The notes below the pieces were generated by a model. It saw only the letters and a program-made list of their open reading frames with translations. It searched no databases and was not told the DNA's origin. Below are positions 1 through 9,291 of a DNA stretch of 51,290 bases, piece after piece. The number at the start of each line of letters is the position of its first letter. Position 1 is the stretch's first letter. This stretch comes from Thermoproteota archaeon (GTDB taxonomy: Archaea > Korarchaeota > Korarchaeia > Korarchaeales > Korarchaeaceae): assembly GCA_015522685.1 (NCBI GenBank), contig WALU01000009.1, positions 1 to 51,290 on the forward strand. The letters are read 5' to 3'. A program made the translations under genes and the position numbers.

Positions 1-69
1 AGCAAAGTATCCAATTAGTAGACCTATAATTAATAATATTATCCCTATAGTCCATGCTTTCGTATTCAT
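1..69 (-). CDS. N-terminus of a probable ABC solute-binding protein; runs off the left window edge
   Basis: Manual translation from ATG at 69 gives MNTKAWTIGIILLIIGLLIGYFA, with SD GAGGTG at 77-82 on the minus strand. The anchor closely matches that of the binding protein at 49292-51004 (MTGKDWGIFIILLIVGLLIGYFA). Confidence 0.7.
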   Translation of the reverse strand, partial: MNTKAWTIGIILLIIGLLIGYFA

Positions 70-147
70 AGAACGACACCTCTAAGGTGCTTGGCTGATA
101 GCATACAACTATAATATAAATATTAGAGTAGTAATATAAGTATAGAA

Positions 148-220
148 CAGCTAAAGAAGACGCACCATTAATTTCAGCTAAAAAAATGAAGCTATTCTCC
201 TTTTTTATGCTACAGCTAAA
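148..220. promoter_or_regulatory. Three direct copies of CAGCTAAA upstream of the left-edge gene; possible operator array
   Basis: Copies at 148-155, 175-182 and 213-220 in AT-rich non-coding DNA. Confidence 0.3.
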
Positions 221-249
221 AAATAAAAAGTTTTCATATATCTGTATAT

Positions 250-915
250 GTATTTCCAACGGCCGCGCGCGTCAATAGCACCGATTGCCTGATTCATTTG
301 ATCCTTTGCTATAATAAGTAGTAGATTTATTCTTACTCTCAATTCGGTCCGACTAGGTGAACCTATTATAATATCCCTTCCCTGAGCTCTATCCTAACTT
401 AGCTGTCTCATCTACAGACGGCTCCTTCATCTTTTCTGTCCTTTACGAGCTCCATTTCTATAAGGAGATCTTTCTTATTAACTTCTTCCATAATTTCGTG
501 GCCATTCATGAGTTCTCTGAGCTTCTTAATTAATATTCGCCGTTCTTAGCTGCTTTATCAACGAGATAGCCTTCTATCACTTCTATGGCAGCGAGAGCGG
601 CCGCCGTTGTGATAGAATTGTTACCATAAGTAAGATAATAGTTTAATTATCTAAAGCAGTATTTACCACCCTTATTCGCTATTTGCTGTAGTACAGAGAC
701 CACCGAGGGCCATCATCACTGTATCAGGTTGTATATCAGAATACTTTTATTGTGAACATTTTTCCTGCCTTACCGAAACCAGCTATTCCATTATCTATAA
801 AGAGTATTCCATACCAATCAAACAAGCAAGCATATTCTTTACAGCTCTAAAGTAACTTCGAAGGAACTATGTTACCAGCAATTCTCTGAATAGGTTCAGC
901 TATGAATGTGGCTAG
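250..915 (-). pseudogene. Decayed class-III PLP aminotransferase (C-terminal half)
   Basis: Fragments across frames: LATFIAEPIQRIAGNIVP, YGILFIDNGIAGFGKAGKMF, DIQPDTVMMALGG, TYGNNSITTAAALAAIEVIE, KKLRELMNGHEI, MELVKDRK. They are collinear with class-III aminotransferase motifs but broken by stops and frameshifts. Ends are approximate. Confidence 0.8.
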
Positions 916-957
916 CCACATTCATCAAGCATAAAAGTATGCTAGAGATTATACAAA

Positions 958-1554
958 CTATCTCCTTCTATATAGCCCAATTAACTGCGTTTGAGCTAAT
1001 ATATGACCCTTTATGGCATTTTCTACTTCTCTCTTGCTGGCTCCAGGAGGAAGACTTAGTTTAACATCTATGGCATACAGCTTAAAGAAGTATCTGTGAG
1101 ACTTACCTCTAGGTGGGCAGGGTCCTCCATATCCTATCCTCCCAAAATCGTTTCTTCCTTGAATACCATAAGCAGTTTCCTTTTGCTTGGGAACGTTCTC
1201 AGGTAGAGAGTTTATGTTTGTAGGTATATTATAGAGAACCCAGTGAGTGAATATCCTTCCAGGAGCGTCAGGATCATCTACTATAAGCACATAGCTAACA
1301 ACTCCACTAGGCTGGCCCCTCCAGCTCAGCGGGGAAGAGATGTCTTCTCCATCACATGTATATTTAACAGGGATTCCTTCCATATTCCCAAAAATAGACC
1401 TTAAAATGAAATTTTCACTCATATTACCACCTCCAGAGGTAGATGTCTGGCTGGAAACTTTAATGTTCTTCCTTGCCCAACCATAATAGGCTGCTATAAG
1501 GGCAATCAATATTATTAGAGCTAGTACCAGAGTATTACCTCTCATTATGTTCAA
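958..1554 (-). CDS. YbhB/YbcL-family (PEBP, Raf kinase inhibitor-like) protein with N-terminal membrane anchor
   Basis: DPDAP, FTHWVLYNIP, GYGGPCPP and HRYFFKLYA motifs. Confidence 0.92.
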   Translation of the reverse strand: MNIMRGNTLVLALIILIALIAAYYGWARKNIKVSSQTSTSGGGNMSENFILRSIFGNMEGIPVKYTCDGEDISSPLSWRGQPSGVVSYVLIVDDPDAPGRIFTHWVLYNIPTNINSLPENVPKQKETAYGIQGRNDFGRIGYGGPCPPRGKSHRYFFKLYAIDVKLSLPPGASKREVENAIKGHILAQTQLIGLYRRR

Positions 1555-1575
1555 GCAAAGAAAAAAGAGAAAAAG

Positions 1576-2190
1576 TTAACTCTCAAAAAGATTAACGAGC
1601 ATTGAGGCCCACTCTCTTATCTGAGTGTAATCTTTAGCCCATCTTGGTATCACTCCTTCCTTCTTCATTCTCCCTAACTCTCTCCCTAGAGCTTCTGGCG
1701 TTAATTTAAGCTTCTCAGCAGCATTAAAGAAGCTTTTAGATTCGGATAATATCTTTACTACTGTCACATTATCTTCAGTTAATTTATGAGGCCTTAAAAT
1801 ACTTGGTAATACTTCAATTAGGACAGATCTTATCTCCTCCCTAATTAAAGTTCTAAGCTCTTGGGGATCTGAGATAAATAAATCCTCAAGTTCTATTACT
1901 TCTACGCCTAGCTCTTCAGCGAGAGCTTCGGCTGATGGATCAGAAAAACCTCTGCACATAATTAGAGGCTTGGCCTTAAGGAGGAGGGCATTAACATAAG
2001 CCTGCCTCAAGCCTCCAACGTCTACTCTACCACTCTTAACCTCTACTGCATATAATCTTTCATTCTTCTTAGCTAAAAGATCAACGTCGCTAACCTGAAA
2101 GCCTGATATCTTAATAGGCTGGTTATATGCAATTATTTCGAATCCTTTATCTCTCAGAATTCCCTTTGCTACCTTTAGCGAGTTTTTCAT
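1576..2190 (-). CDS. PD-(D/E)XK (RecB/YraN-like) endonuclease domain with C-terminal HTH-like region
   Basis: SDVDLLA...AVEVKSG nuclease core; C-terminal FFNAAEKLKLTPEALGRELG resembles an HTH. Confidence 0.75.
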   Translation of the reverse strand: MKNSLKVAKGILRDKGFEIIAYNQPIKISGFQVSDVDLLAKKNERLYAVEVKSGRVDVGGLRQAYVNALLLKAKPLIMCRGFSDPSAEALAEELGVEVIELEDLFISDPQELRTLIREEIRSVLIEVLPSILRPHKLTEDNVTVVKILSESKSFFNAAEKLKLTPEALGRELGRMKKEGVIPRWAKDYTQIREWASMLVNLFES

Positions 2191-2974
2191 CCTTACTTTT
2201 CACCTCCAAGGTCACCAGTCCTTTTTCCCTTTCAACCTCAAAGGTAATCCAACCCGGATAGTGGTAGGAGCCGCTCATCCTCCTGACCCTCATCTGTTTT
2301 ATTAGATACATCTTTATCGTATCAGGATCGAACCTCAGGTCGATAACTCCATCAGAGGCAACTTCTAATGTATATCTGAATTCATCAAAGAAGCCGAAGT
2401 GAAATGTGTAGATGAGAGGGACCAGATAGTATTTGCAGACCACCGCCTTAGATGCCTTGAGGAGATCGAGCAGCGAATCCGGATCTGTTGATATTGTGAG
2501 GCACTCAGTTAGGGAATCCATAAGGATTAGCCCCTTCCCTCTCATCATTCGTCCTTCCCTCTCTAAGTGAGACCATATCTCATCTATGTCCCTTGGATTC
2601 TCTATTTCTACCACCGATCCCTTTATCCTTTCCTTCAGCTCGAGAAGTTGTTTGGGAAATTCAAATCTCCTTTCAGCTAGCCTGAAGGAGAAGCAGTCTA
2701 GGAACCTGAGTTTATCCCTTTCTAGATAAGGAATGACGTCAAAGCCCAGATGCTTCATATTAGATATTCTAGAGAGAGGGGTATCCTCCAATAAAATGAA
2801 AGAAACGGTCTCACCCTCCTGGAGAGCTCTATAGGCTATTTCATTCAAGAGAACACTCTTCCCTGTACCTGTCTCTCCAAATATCCCAATCATACTGTTC
2901 CTAAGGATCCCCTCAGGTAGCAGCTTATCTAGGAGATCCATGTGAAAGGAGAACCTCTCAACATTCATGGCCAT
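2147..2974 (-). CDS. KaiC/RAD55-family RecA-fold ATPase (single domain)
   Basis: Walker A GETGTGKS, Walker B LILMDS, SDGVIDL and VRRMSGSYH motifs. Confidence 0.88.
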   Translation of the reverse strand: MAMNVERFSFHMDLLDKLLPEGILRNSMIGIFGETGTGKSVLLNEIAYRALQEGETVSFILLEDTPLSRISNMKHLGFDVIPYLERDKLRFLDCFSFRLAERRFEFPKQLLELKERIKGSVVEIENPRDIDEIWSHLEREGRMMRGKGLILMDSLTECLTISTDPDSLLDLLKASKAVVCKYYLVPLIYTFHFGFFDEFRYTLEVASDGVIDLRFDPDTIKMYLIKQMRVRRMSGSYHYPGWITFEVEREKGLVTLEVKSKDEKLAKGSKGNSER

Positions 2975-3076
2975 GAAAAGTGTATAGTAGGGGTAAGGTA
3001 TAACTGTAGATGAATTAAATTACTGCAATTCTCTTCAATTAATCGGGTTAATTATTAAAGAAGCTTTATGAAGTGA

Positions 3077-3730
3077 TCATTTATTAGCAATAACAACGTG
3101 ATTTTCGGCAAATAATCTTGATCTGAAGTTTCTCTTGTAGTATCTCATATTAGTACCAGAGAAACCTGCCTCTCTCACAAGGCTGAGGAGTTCTCTCCTC
3201 GTGAAAAGGTGATAATAACGTTGATAGGTCTTCTTTTTTGTCCTCCAAGGAATATAGAGATTACCTAGCTCTCTTCCTCTAAGAGAATTAAGTACTATTT
3301 TAGGGAGTTTTCTAAAGAATCTAGGTTGAAATAAGGCCCAAACTGATATTACAGCTTTACCATCCTCCTTTAAGACCCTTCTAACTTCTCTGAGGGACTT
3401 TAATCTAAGCTCTCTTGAAGGAATATGATGCAGGGTTGCCAAATATAAAACCGTAGAGAATGACTCATCCCTGAAGGGAAGATGCGCAGCATTGCACTGC
3501 ACCTTCTCCCCCTTAAATTTCATCTCTGCTACCTTCAGCATACCCCAGGATATGTCAGCGCAGACGACTTCAAATCCTTTCCTCTCTAGGTAGGCTGCAT
3601 GTCTCCCATTGCCGCAGCCTAAATCAAGGACGGGGGGTCTCCTAACTAGCTTAACCTCTGGCCATGGCCTGCCTCGAGTATGATCAAATCCTCTAGCTAT
3701 TGCATCGTATACCTTTTGAACCTCTTTCAT
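3077..3730 (-). CDS. Class I SAM methyltransferase, Trm9/ALKBH8-like (tRNA U34 carboxymethyl methyltransferase)
   Basis: VYDAIARGFDHTRGRPWPEV, LDLGCGNGR, ATLHH, ISVWA and IPW...YQRYYHLF motifs typical of Trm9. Confidence 0.75.
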   Translation of the reverse strand: MKEVQKVYDAIARGFDHTRGRPWPEVKLVRRPPVLDLGCGNGRHAAYLERKGFEVVCADISWGMLKVAEMKFKGEKVQCNAAHLPFRDESFSTVLYLATLHHIPSRELRLKSLREVRRVLKEDGKAVISVWALFQPRFFRKLPKIVLNSLRGRELGNLYIPWRTKKKTYQRYYHLFTRRELLSLVREAGFSGTNMRYYKRNFRSRLFAENHVVIANK

Positions 3731-3928
3731 CTAGCTATATTGTTATATAAGAACTTAAGGCTTCCTCTTTCATACGATAAGACCAGAGGCGTACCAGCTC
3801 CAAAGAAAGAAGTTAGAGGAATAAGAGTTTTTATTTTATAATGGAGTTCAGATTTCGGTAAATGAGAGTTTTTTTATCAACAACCAATTTTTACATACTA
3901 TCGTCTATACAATTTTCAGGGTGGTCAT

Positions 3929-4255
3929 ATGCCGATGGCTGAGATAACAATAGTGCCAGTAGGTGTGGGAGCTAGTGTGAGCGATTATGTGGCTGAAGCT
4001 TTAAAGATCATAGAGAGGAGCAGATTGAAATATAGGATAACTCCAACTTCTACCATAATAGAAGGGGGTCTAGACGACTTGTTTAAGATAATGAAAGAGA
4101 TGCATGAGTCTCCTTTTAAGAAAGGAGCTCCTAGAGTTGTTACTGTAATAAAAATAGATGATAGGAGAGATAAATCCATTACCATGGAATATAAGGTGAA
4201 GATAGTAGAGGAGAAGATCAAGATGGGATCGAGGGGATTCTCCTCGACTCCGTGA
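3929..4255 (+). CDS. MTH1187/YkoF-family thiamine-binding protein
   Basis: AEITIVPVG, SVSDYVAE, TIIEG and RVVTVIKIDDRRDK motifs. Confidence 0.9.
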   Translation: MPMAEITIVPVGVGASVSDYVAEALKIIERSRLKYRITPTSTIIEGGLDDLFKIMKEMHESPFKKGAPRVVTVIKIDDRRDKSITMEYKVKIVEEKIKMGSRGFSSTP

Positions 4256-5381
4256 TCCTCTCAATTATCCTTATTCCTCTCCATGAAAGCCATTCAGCAA
4301 TCGATGAGAACAGGCTTTCATCCATCCCTATGATTTCAGGAGGTATAACCCCTGGGCCTGGAATAGCTCCCTCGGTTATGAGTTTTAGTATTCCTGAAGC
4401 TGTGAAGGCAGTAGTTCTAGCTACGGCGCTGAAACTTGTAGATTCATCGTATCTGTCCACCATTCTATATTCTATCTCCACGTTATCGAGACTAGACCTT
4501 CCAATGGCAATTACCTTAAGAACTACCATGTCTTTACTATCTCCCTTCAGCTTCTCTCGGAATAACTTTGCTGTAACATCGGCAGGGGTTACATTTGAGT
4601 CATTCAAGTTAAGAGATATCTTATCAAGATATCCTAGGGTTTTAAGGAGCTCTATTTTCTCAGCATGACCAGGCCAGCGAAGAGTTTTTTCTTCCATTGT
4701 ATCCACTCCCTTGAGGGTCCTGAGCATAGTCCTAAGCCCGTCGGTTAGGAATGCTTCTAGTTCGCCAACTCCTGGCATGAATATCTTCTCAAGTTCGCTA
4801 ACAGCTGGTTTTTCTACGACCTTCCCACTATGGATAACTCTTGCAGGCCTTACATACTCCTCAATTAAATCTTCAGGACTCCAAGTTACTAGATAGCCAA
4901 GAGGAGGTATTGGTCTTTCAGGAATACCTCCTACATATATTTTGAGTTCTTTTGCTTCTTCTAGCTGGGCATACGCCCTACCAGCCATCATACTACTAAG
5001 CCCGGGGGCGACACCAGCGTCGGGAACTATGGTAACTCCCGCATCGTTTGCTTGAACGTGGTATTGAGTGGGGTCATTCGGTGAGTATGAGACATCCACT
5101 AGATCAACACCCGCCTTTATCGCAGTAAGCCATGAATACTTTCCAAACTTGCCAGGAAGGGCATTTACAACTACATCCACATCTTTAATCGATCTATATA
5201 TATCTTCTGTATCCTTTAGATATACATTCCTCGTTTCGACCTTATTGATCAACATTGCTACTTCCTCTAAACATTTACGACATCTATCTAGGATGATCAA
5301 ATCTGATCCGGTCACTCTCTCATACAGATCAAATGCTATTGCTTTACCAACAGGTCCGGCACCCAAAACTGCTGCTCTAAT
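4218..5381 (-). CDS. Saccharopine dehydrogenase / lysine 6-dehydrogenase family protein; probable start at ATT 5381 (ORF track starts at 5366)
   Basis: Rossmann motif (I)RAAVLGAGPVG, VVNALP, DAGVAPG, VGGIP, TWS, TDGLRT and TLRWPGH motifs. Confidence 0.85.
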   Translation of the reverse strand: MRAAVLGAGPVGKAIAFDLYERVTGSDLIILDRCRKCLEEVAMLINKVETRNVYLKDTEDIYRSIKDVDVVVNALPGKFGKYSWLTAIKAGVDLVDVSYSPNDPTQYHVQANDAGVTIVPDAGVAPGLSSMMAGRAYAQLEEAKELKIYVGGIPERPIPPLGYLVTWSPEDLIEEYVRPARVIHSGKVVEKPAVSELEKIFMPGVGELEAFLTDGLRTMLRTLKGVDTMEEKTLRWPGHAEKIELLKTLGYLDKISLNLNDSNVTPADVTAKLFREKLKGDSKDMVVLKVIAIGRSSLDNVEIEYRMVDRYDESTSFSAVARTTAFTASGILKLITEGAIPGPGVIPPEIIGMDESLFSSIAEWLSWRGIRIIERITESRRIPSIPS

Positions 5382-5598
5382 GGGAGGACACCCCCTCCTC
5401 TCATTCTGAAGGGATTACTTAAAAAATCAGATTGAAGCGAATATTACAATTTTTGAAATGAAACTGTGTATATCTAATAAATTATCCACATGTAAAATGA
5501 AATTTCTTACTCTGCTTGATAGTTTTTCTATCATAAGAGTATCTTTGAATAAATTTAAGGGAGCGTATTCCCCTTAGATATACTCGATTTGCGCACGC

Positions 5599-6021
5599 TT
5601 ACTTGCCATCCGATTCACCTTCCTCAATCCCGTAATACTTCTTAACCAACTCGTAATAACTTTCAATGCTACCATATCTCTTTAGGAAACTTTCTACCAA
5701 ATCATAGCCAAATAGCTTCTTAAACTGTTCTTTTCCCTGCTCAGTCATTTCAAATGGGGTCCAAGGTGGAAACACTTCCAGTTCTACTTTAACCTCCTGT
5801 AGCTCCGGTATTGCTGCCTTAATGCCTTCTTCCACCTGTTGTAATATCATAGCTGAGTAGGGGCATCCAGGAGCAGTTAGTACAACCTTCACATAAACCT
5901 TAGAATCTTCAACCTCCATCTTCCTTATCAGGCCCAAATCTACAATACTTATCGGAATCTCAGGATCTGTAACGAACTTAAGAGCATATAATATCTTAGA
6001 CTTTATCTCATCTGGATTCAT
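5599..6021 (-). CDS. DUF59/SufT-like metal-sulfur cluster assembly factor with a C-terminal helical extension
   Basis: VTDPEIPISIVDLGLI, LTAPGCP and PPWTP motifs. Confidence 0.9.
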   Translation of the reverse strand: MNPDEIKSKILYALKFVTDPEIPISIVDLGLIRKMEVEDSKVYVKVVLTAPGCPYSAMILQQVEEGIKAAIPELQEVKVELEVFPPWTPFEMTEQGKEQFKKLFGYDLVESFLKRYGSIESYYELVKKYYGIEEGESDGK

Positions 6022-6078
6022 CAGCTATGCACCAGCATTAACTTATATAATAATGAATAAAAATAACTATTGTGATTA

Positions 6079-6918
6079 TCAAGTGCCTCCTTTCTCACTG
6101 CGAGGAATTGCCGGAAAGAACTCAACACTTTGAGTTCTAGTCTTCAGCGGCTGCGGAAATAGGTCCATGAGCTGATAGACTTCAGGTGGAACGTCGGTGG
6201 AGACAAGCAAGCCAATCTCCTTAGCTGCTTCAACCGTTATTGGATAATCATGCGTCCATCTTCCCTCCGTAAGGATCTCAGCGACTTTTTCTGCTTTTTT
6301 CTTCCCCAATTTATCCTCTAGAAGCCAAGCCACTAGCTCTCTAACTTGTTTTATTGCCTTCTCCGCTATGTCCGCAAGTATTAGCGTCTGATCGTCCACC
6401 TTATCTAGTTCTTTCTTATTGATAACCCTCACTAGGGAAGGAGCTGGATACTGACCTAGTTGAGGATCAACAGGACCTAGCACTGCATTTTCATCCATAA
6501 TTATCTCATCTGCTGCTAGAGCTATTAAAGTACCGCCGCTCATTGCATAATGAGGCACTATCACCGTAGTTTTAGCAGGATGTTTCTTCAAAGCTCTGGC
6601 TATCTGAGTTGCCGCTAGAACCAGCCCTCCTGGTGTGTGAATGATAAGATCTATGGAAGTATCAGAGGGCGTGGCTCTTATAGCCCTAAGAACACTTTCA
6701 GAATCATCTATATTTATGTACCTATAGAATGGGATGCCAAAAAGTCCTATAGATTCCTCCCTGTGGATTAGGGTAATGACGCTACTCTTTCTTTTTTTAG
6801 CAATTAAAGCCATTACCTTCCTCCTAGCTGATTGAATCGACCAATGCCGAAACTGAGGCGCCATGAGTAAGTAAAAGATGAATAGCCACCATAGCAGAGA
6901 TATCGGATCGAACCACAT
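6079..6918 (-). CDS. SDH-family ClpP-fold membrane-anchored serine protease (DUF114)
   Basis: IHTPGGLVLAA, YAMSGGT, GPVDPQ and WTHDYPI motifs; N-terminal TM segment. Confidence 0.9.
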   Translation of the reverse strand: MWFDPISLLWWLFIFYLLMAPQFRHWSIQSARRKVMALIAKKRKSSVITLIHREESIGLFGIPFYRYINIDDSESVLRAIRATPSDTSIDLIIHTPGGLVLAATQIARALKKHPAKTTVIVPHYAMSGGTLIALAADEIIMDENAVLGPVDPQLGQYPAPSLVRVINKKELDKVDDQTLILADIAEKAIKQVRELVAWLLEDKLGKKKAEKVAEILTEGRWTHDYPITVEAAKEIGLLVSTDVPPEVYQLMDLFPQPLKTRTQSVEFFPAIPRSEKGGT

Positions 6919-6961
6919 GAGATAAATATGTAAGAGGATAACCTTAAACTAACCGGTTCTA

Positions 6962-7527
6962 TCATGCAGATATAAAATCACTGCAAATGCTAAGAGAAAT
7001 TCTAAAAGCGATATTATGAAGGTTTCGGGCCCAAAATATCCTCCAGAGAGGGGAGTTGGCACATGAAGCGTTAATATGAATATGCTTTCCTCTCTGATAT
7101 CGTTTAGGGTAAACTTCTATATATAACCTATCACTATATTCCATGTTAGATGAAAGGATATCGTTGATAGCAGCCCCAAAAGCATCTTATGATACCTAAT
7201 GGATAGGCTTGCTGAGAATATACTTATAAAGGCCATGCTAGGATTAAATGCGTGTATTAAGGAGAACAGGAGAGAAGAGAAGATGAAAGGGATTAGGGTT
7301 CTCTTGTGCAAGGGCTCTATATAAACGATCCCCTCTCATGTAAAGACAAATAGGAGGGAAAGAATCGTAATAGAGACAAGAAAGGAAGCTTCAGCCATAC
7401 CAAGTAAATTACTCAAGCTAGCATTGAACTTCTCAAATTTAATGATCATTAGAGGAGATGCTACCAAAATTAGGGCTCTTAAATAGAAGGAAGGGCTTGC
7501 TGCAACTATAAATGTCATAGCTAGCAT
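6962..7527 (-). pseudogene. Decayed CPBP/Abi-family intramembrane glutamic endopeptidase
   Basis: Pieces read *EGIVYIEPL (degenerate EExxxR), FSSLLFSLIHAFNP, FHLTWNI and PLSGGYFGPE, split by in-frame stops and frameshifts across track ORFs 7336-7527, 7117-7311 and 6962-7144. Confidence 0.78.
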
Positions 7528-7569
7528 ACAGTCTTATAGCTCTAGTATCGTGGTCTAAATCTAGTCCTC

Positions 7570-8319
7570 TCATTTGCTTTTCTTATACTTCTTCTTTTTC
7601 TTCAGCTTCTTGGTCTCATGTGCCTTTAACGTTTTGAAGTACCATAGGCCGAATATTAAGAGGACAATTACTGCTAGAGCTATTAGCATCATTACTCCCA
7701 TACTCATTCCCTTGCTCTCGCTGCGCTCCTTCGTTGTAGTTGATTGAGATGGAGTTGATGCATATGTAACAGTTGATTTGGTCTGAGTTTGGGTCTGGGT
7801 ATTGTTTACCTCCGGAGGCGAAATGCCAGCAAGCAATGCTACAGTTCTCAAAATGGTACCTGGAGGAACCTCACCTACTTTTACATCTGCTACAGCACTA
7901 TTCTTGTCTAGAACTATTACCGTAGGAACTCCACTAACTCCATACTTCTCAGCAATATAGTTAGCATCGGTCACAAGCTCCCAATTTGATGGAGGATTAG
8001 TAGCTTTAAAGAATCTAATTGCCTTATCCTCCTGGCTTGATACTATCATAACTATCCCTATGACATCCTTTACTTCTAATCCCATCTCCTTCCAGGCAGA
8101 AGATAGAGTAGGAATCTCCCTCCTGCAGTGAGGGCACCACTCAGCCGCAAACATCAGTACAACGATTTTGCCCTTTAACTTATAGAGAGAGATAGATCCG
8201 CCCCCGTAAGTCGGCGCTAAGAAGTTCGGAGCTTCCGTTCCTTTCTTAGGAAGAGCAAAAGCAATATTTAACGGTAGAAGAATGAGTAGTAGAAGAAAAG
8301 CTTCATATTCTACGTTCAT
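7570..8319 (-). CDS. Secreted TlpA/ResA-like thiol-disulfide oxidoreductase with Thr-rich linker, C-terminal TM and Lys-rich tail
   Basis: Signal peptide, APNF, WCPHC and YGVSGVP motifs; TQTQTQT linker. Confidence 0.85.
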   Translation of the reverse strand: MNVEYEAFLLLLILLPLNIAFALPKKGTEAPNFLAPTYGGGSISLYKLKGKIVVLMFAAEWCPHCRREIPTLSSAWKEMGLEVKDVIGIVMIVSSQEDKAIRFFKATNPPSNWELVTDANYIAEKYGVSGVPTVIVLDKNSAVADVKVGEVPPGTILRTVALLAGISPPEVNNTQTQTQTKSTVTYASTPSQSTTTKERSESKGMSMGVMMLIALAVIVLLIFGLWYFKTLKAHETKKLKKKKKYKKSK

Positions 8320-9239
8320 AACCTTACGACCTCCATCCTATTCCCATTGAATACCGCCACTGTTGGGGGTATTCCATAGTACCTGCAGGTGAATATAGAT
8401 AAGAGTATATGGTCCATGCCCTCTGTACTTGTCTTCCCTTTAAAGAGCCAAGCAAATCCATCAGGATATGCTTCGTGTGCTCTTACCAAACCTTCTAGCT
8501 TATTTCTATGTAGAAATCTCTCTAGAGCCTTTTTACCATAGTACCTCGTATCTCCTCCCCTACTGATGTTATCAGCAAATTCCTCAACTTTATCCGATGG
8601 ATCATTCCAGAGGATCTGAAATGCTATTCTGTTACTTGGGATCATATCTTTCTTCGGTAGGCTCTCTATCTGCTTAAGATCCCCAAGCTCCTCAGCAATA
8701 CCTCCATGAACTGCTAGCAATTTCTTTACCTTAGCAGCATACGGGAGATTGGCGAAGATCTCGTTATACCTTATAAAAAGAAAGGGCCATTCCGAGCTGT
8801 AAGTATGATAGAGTACGTCCATAAATCCATAATTCATATTCACAACAGGAGATTCATGATTTCCTCTAAGGAGAACAACTTTTCCATTTGATTTAAGGTA
8901 CTTGGCCAGCAAAAAATTTGCATTCTCAAGTTGCTGCTTTCCCCTATCAACATAATCTCCCAAGAAGATTATAGTATATTCCTCTGTCGAAAACTTCTCG
9001 AACACTTGCCTAGATGAATCTAGATCTCCATGAGTGTCGCCGACAAATACCGCTTTACCATCCAATTTAATTAGTTGAGACTCCTTAGAAAGCCTTTCCT
9101 CTGAGGAATTGAGGAGCGCCATTAATTCATCGAAACTAAGGATATTGCCTTTTAATGATTTGCCAATTACCTTCTCAAGATCAATTTCGGTGATTTTCCG
9201 TCTTCTTATAAGGGATATTATTTTACCTAGCAGCTTCAT
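8316..9239 (-). CDS. PPP-family Ser/Thr protein phosphatase
   Basis: GDTHGD, GDYVDRG, LRGNHE, VHGG, LWNDP, SRG and RAHE motifs. Confidence 0.92.
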   Translation of the reverse strand: MKLLGKIISLIRRRKITEIDLEKVIGKSLKGNILSFDELMALLNSSEERLSKESQLIKLDGKAVFVGDTHGDLDSSRQVFEKFSTEEYTIIFLGDYVDRGKQQLENANFLLAKYLKSNGKVVLLRGNHESPVVNMNYGFMDVLYHTYSSEWPFLFIRYNEIFANLPYAAKVKKLLAVHGGIAEELGDLKQIESLPKKDMIPSNRIAFQILWNDPSDKVEEFADNISRGGDTRYYGKKALERFLHRNKLEGLVRAHEAYPDGFAWLFKGKTSTEGMDHILLSIFTCRYYGIPPTVAVFNGNRMEVVRL

Positions 9240-9291
9240 AAGGTAGCTCGACCTTCCTCAACGATAAGCATTTTTGAGGCTTTTGTTGTTA

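Noticed and set aside
5555-5577. Imperfect hairpin TAAGGG...CCCTTA downstream of the DUF59 gene as a possible small RNA
   Set aside because: Short stem, and no C/D boxes or tRNA features found.
7333-7338. In-frame TGA in the CPBP remnant as possible selenocysteine or readthrough
   Set aside because: The same gene has further stops, frameshifts and eroded catalytic motifs, so simple decay explains it.
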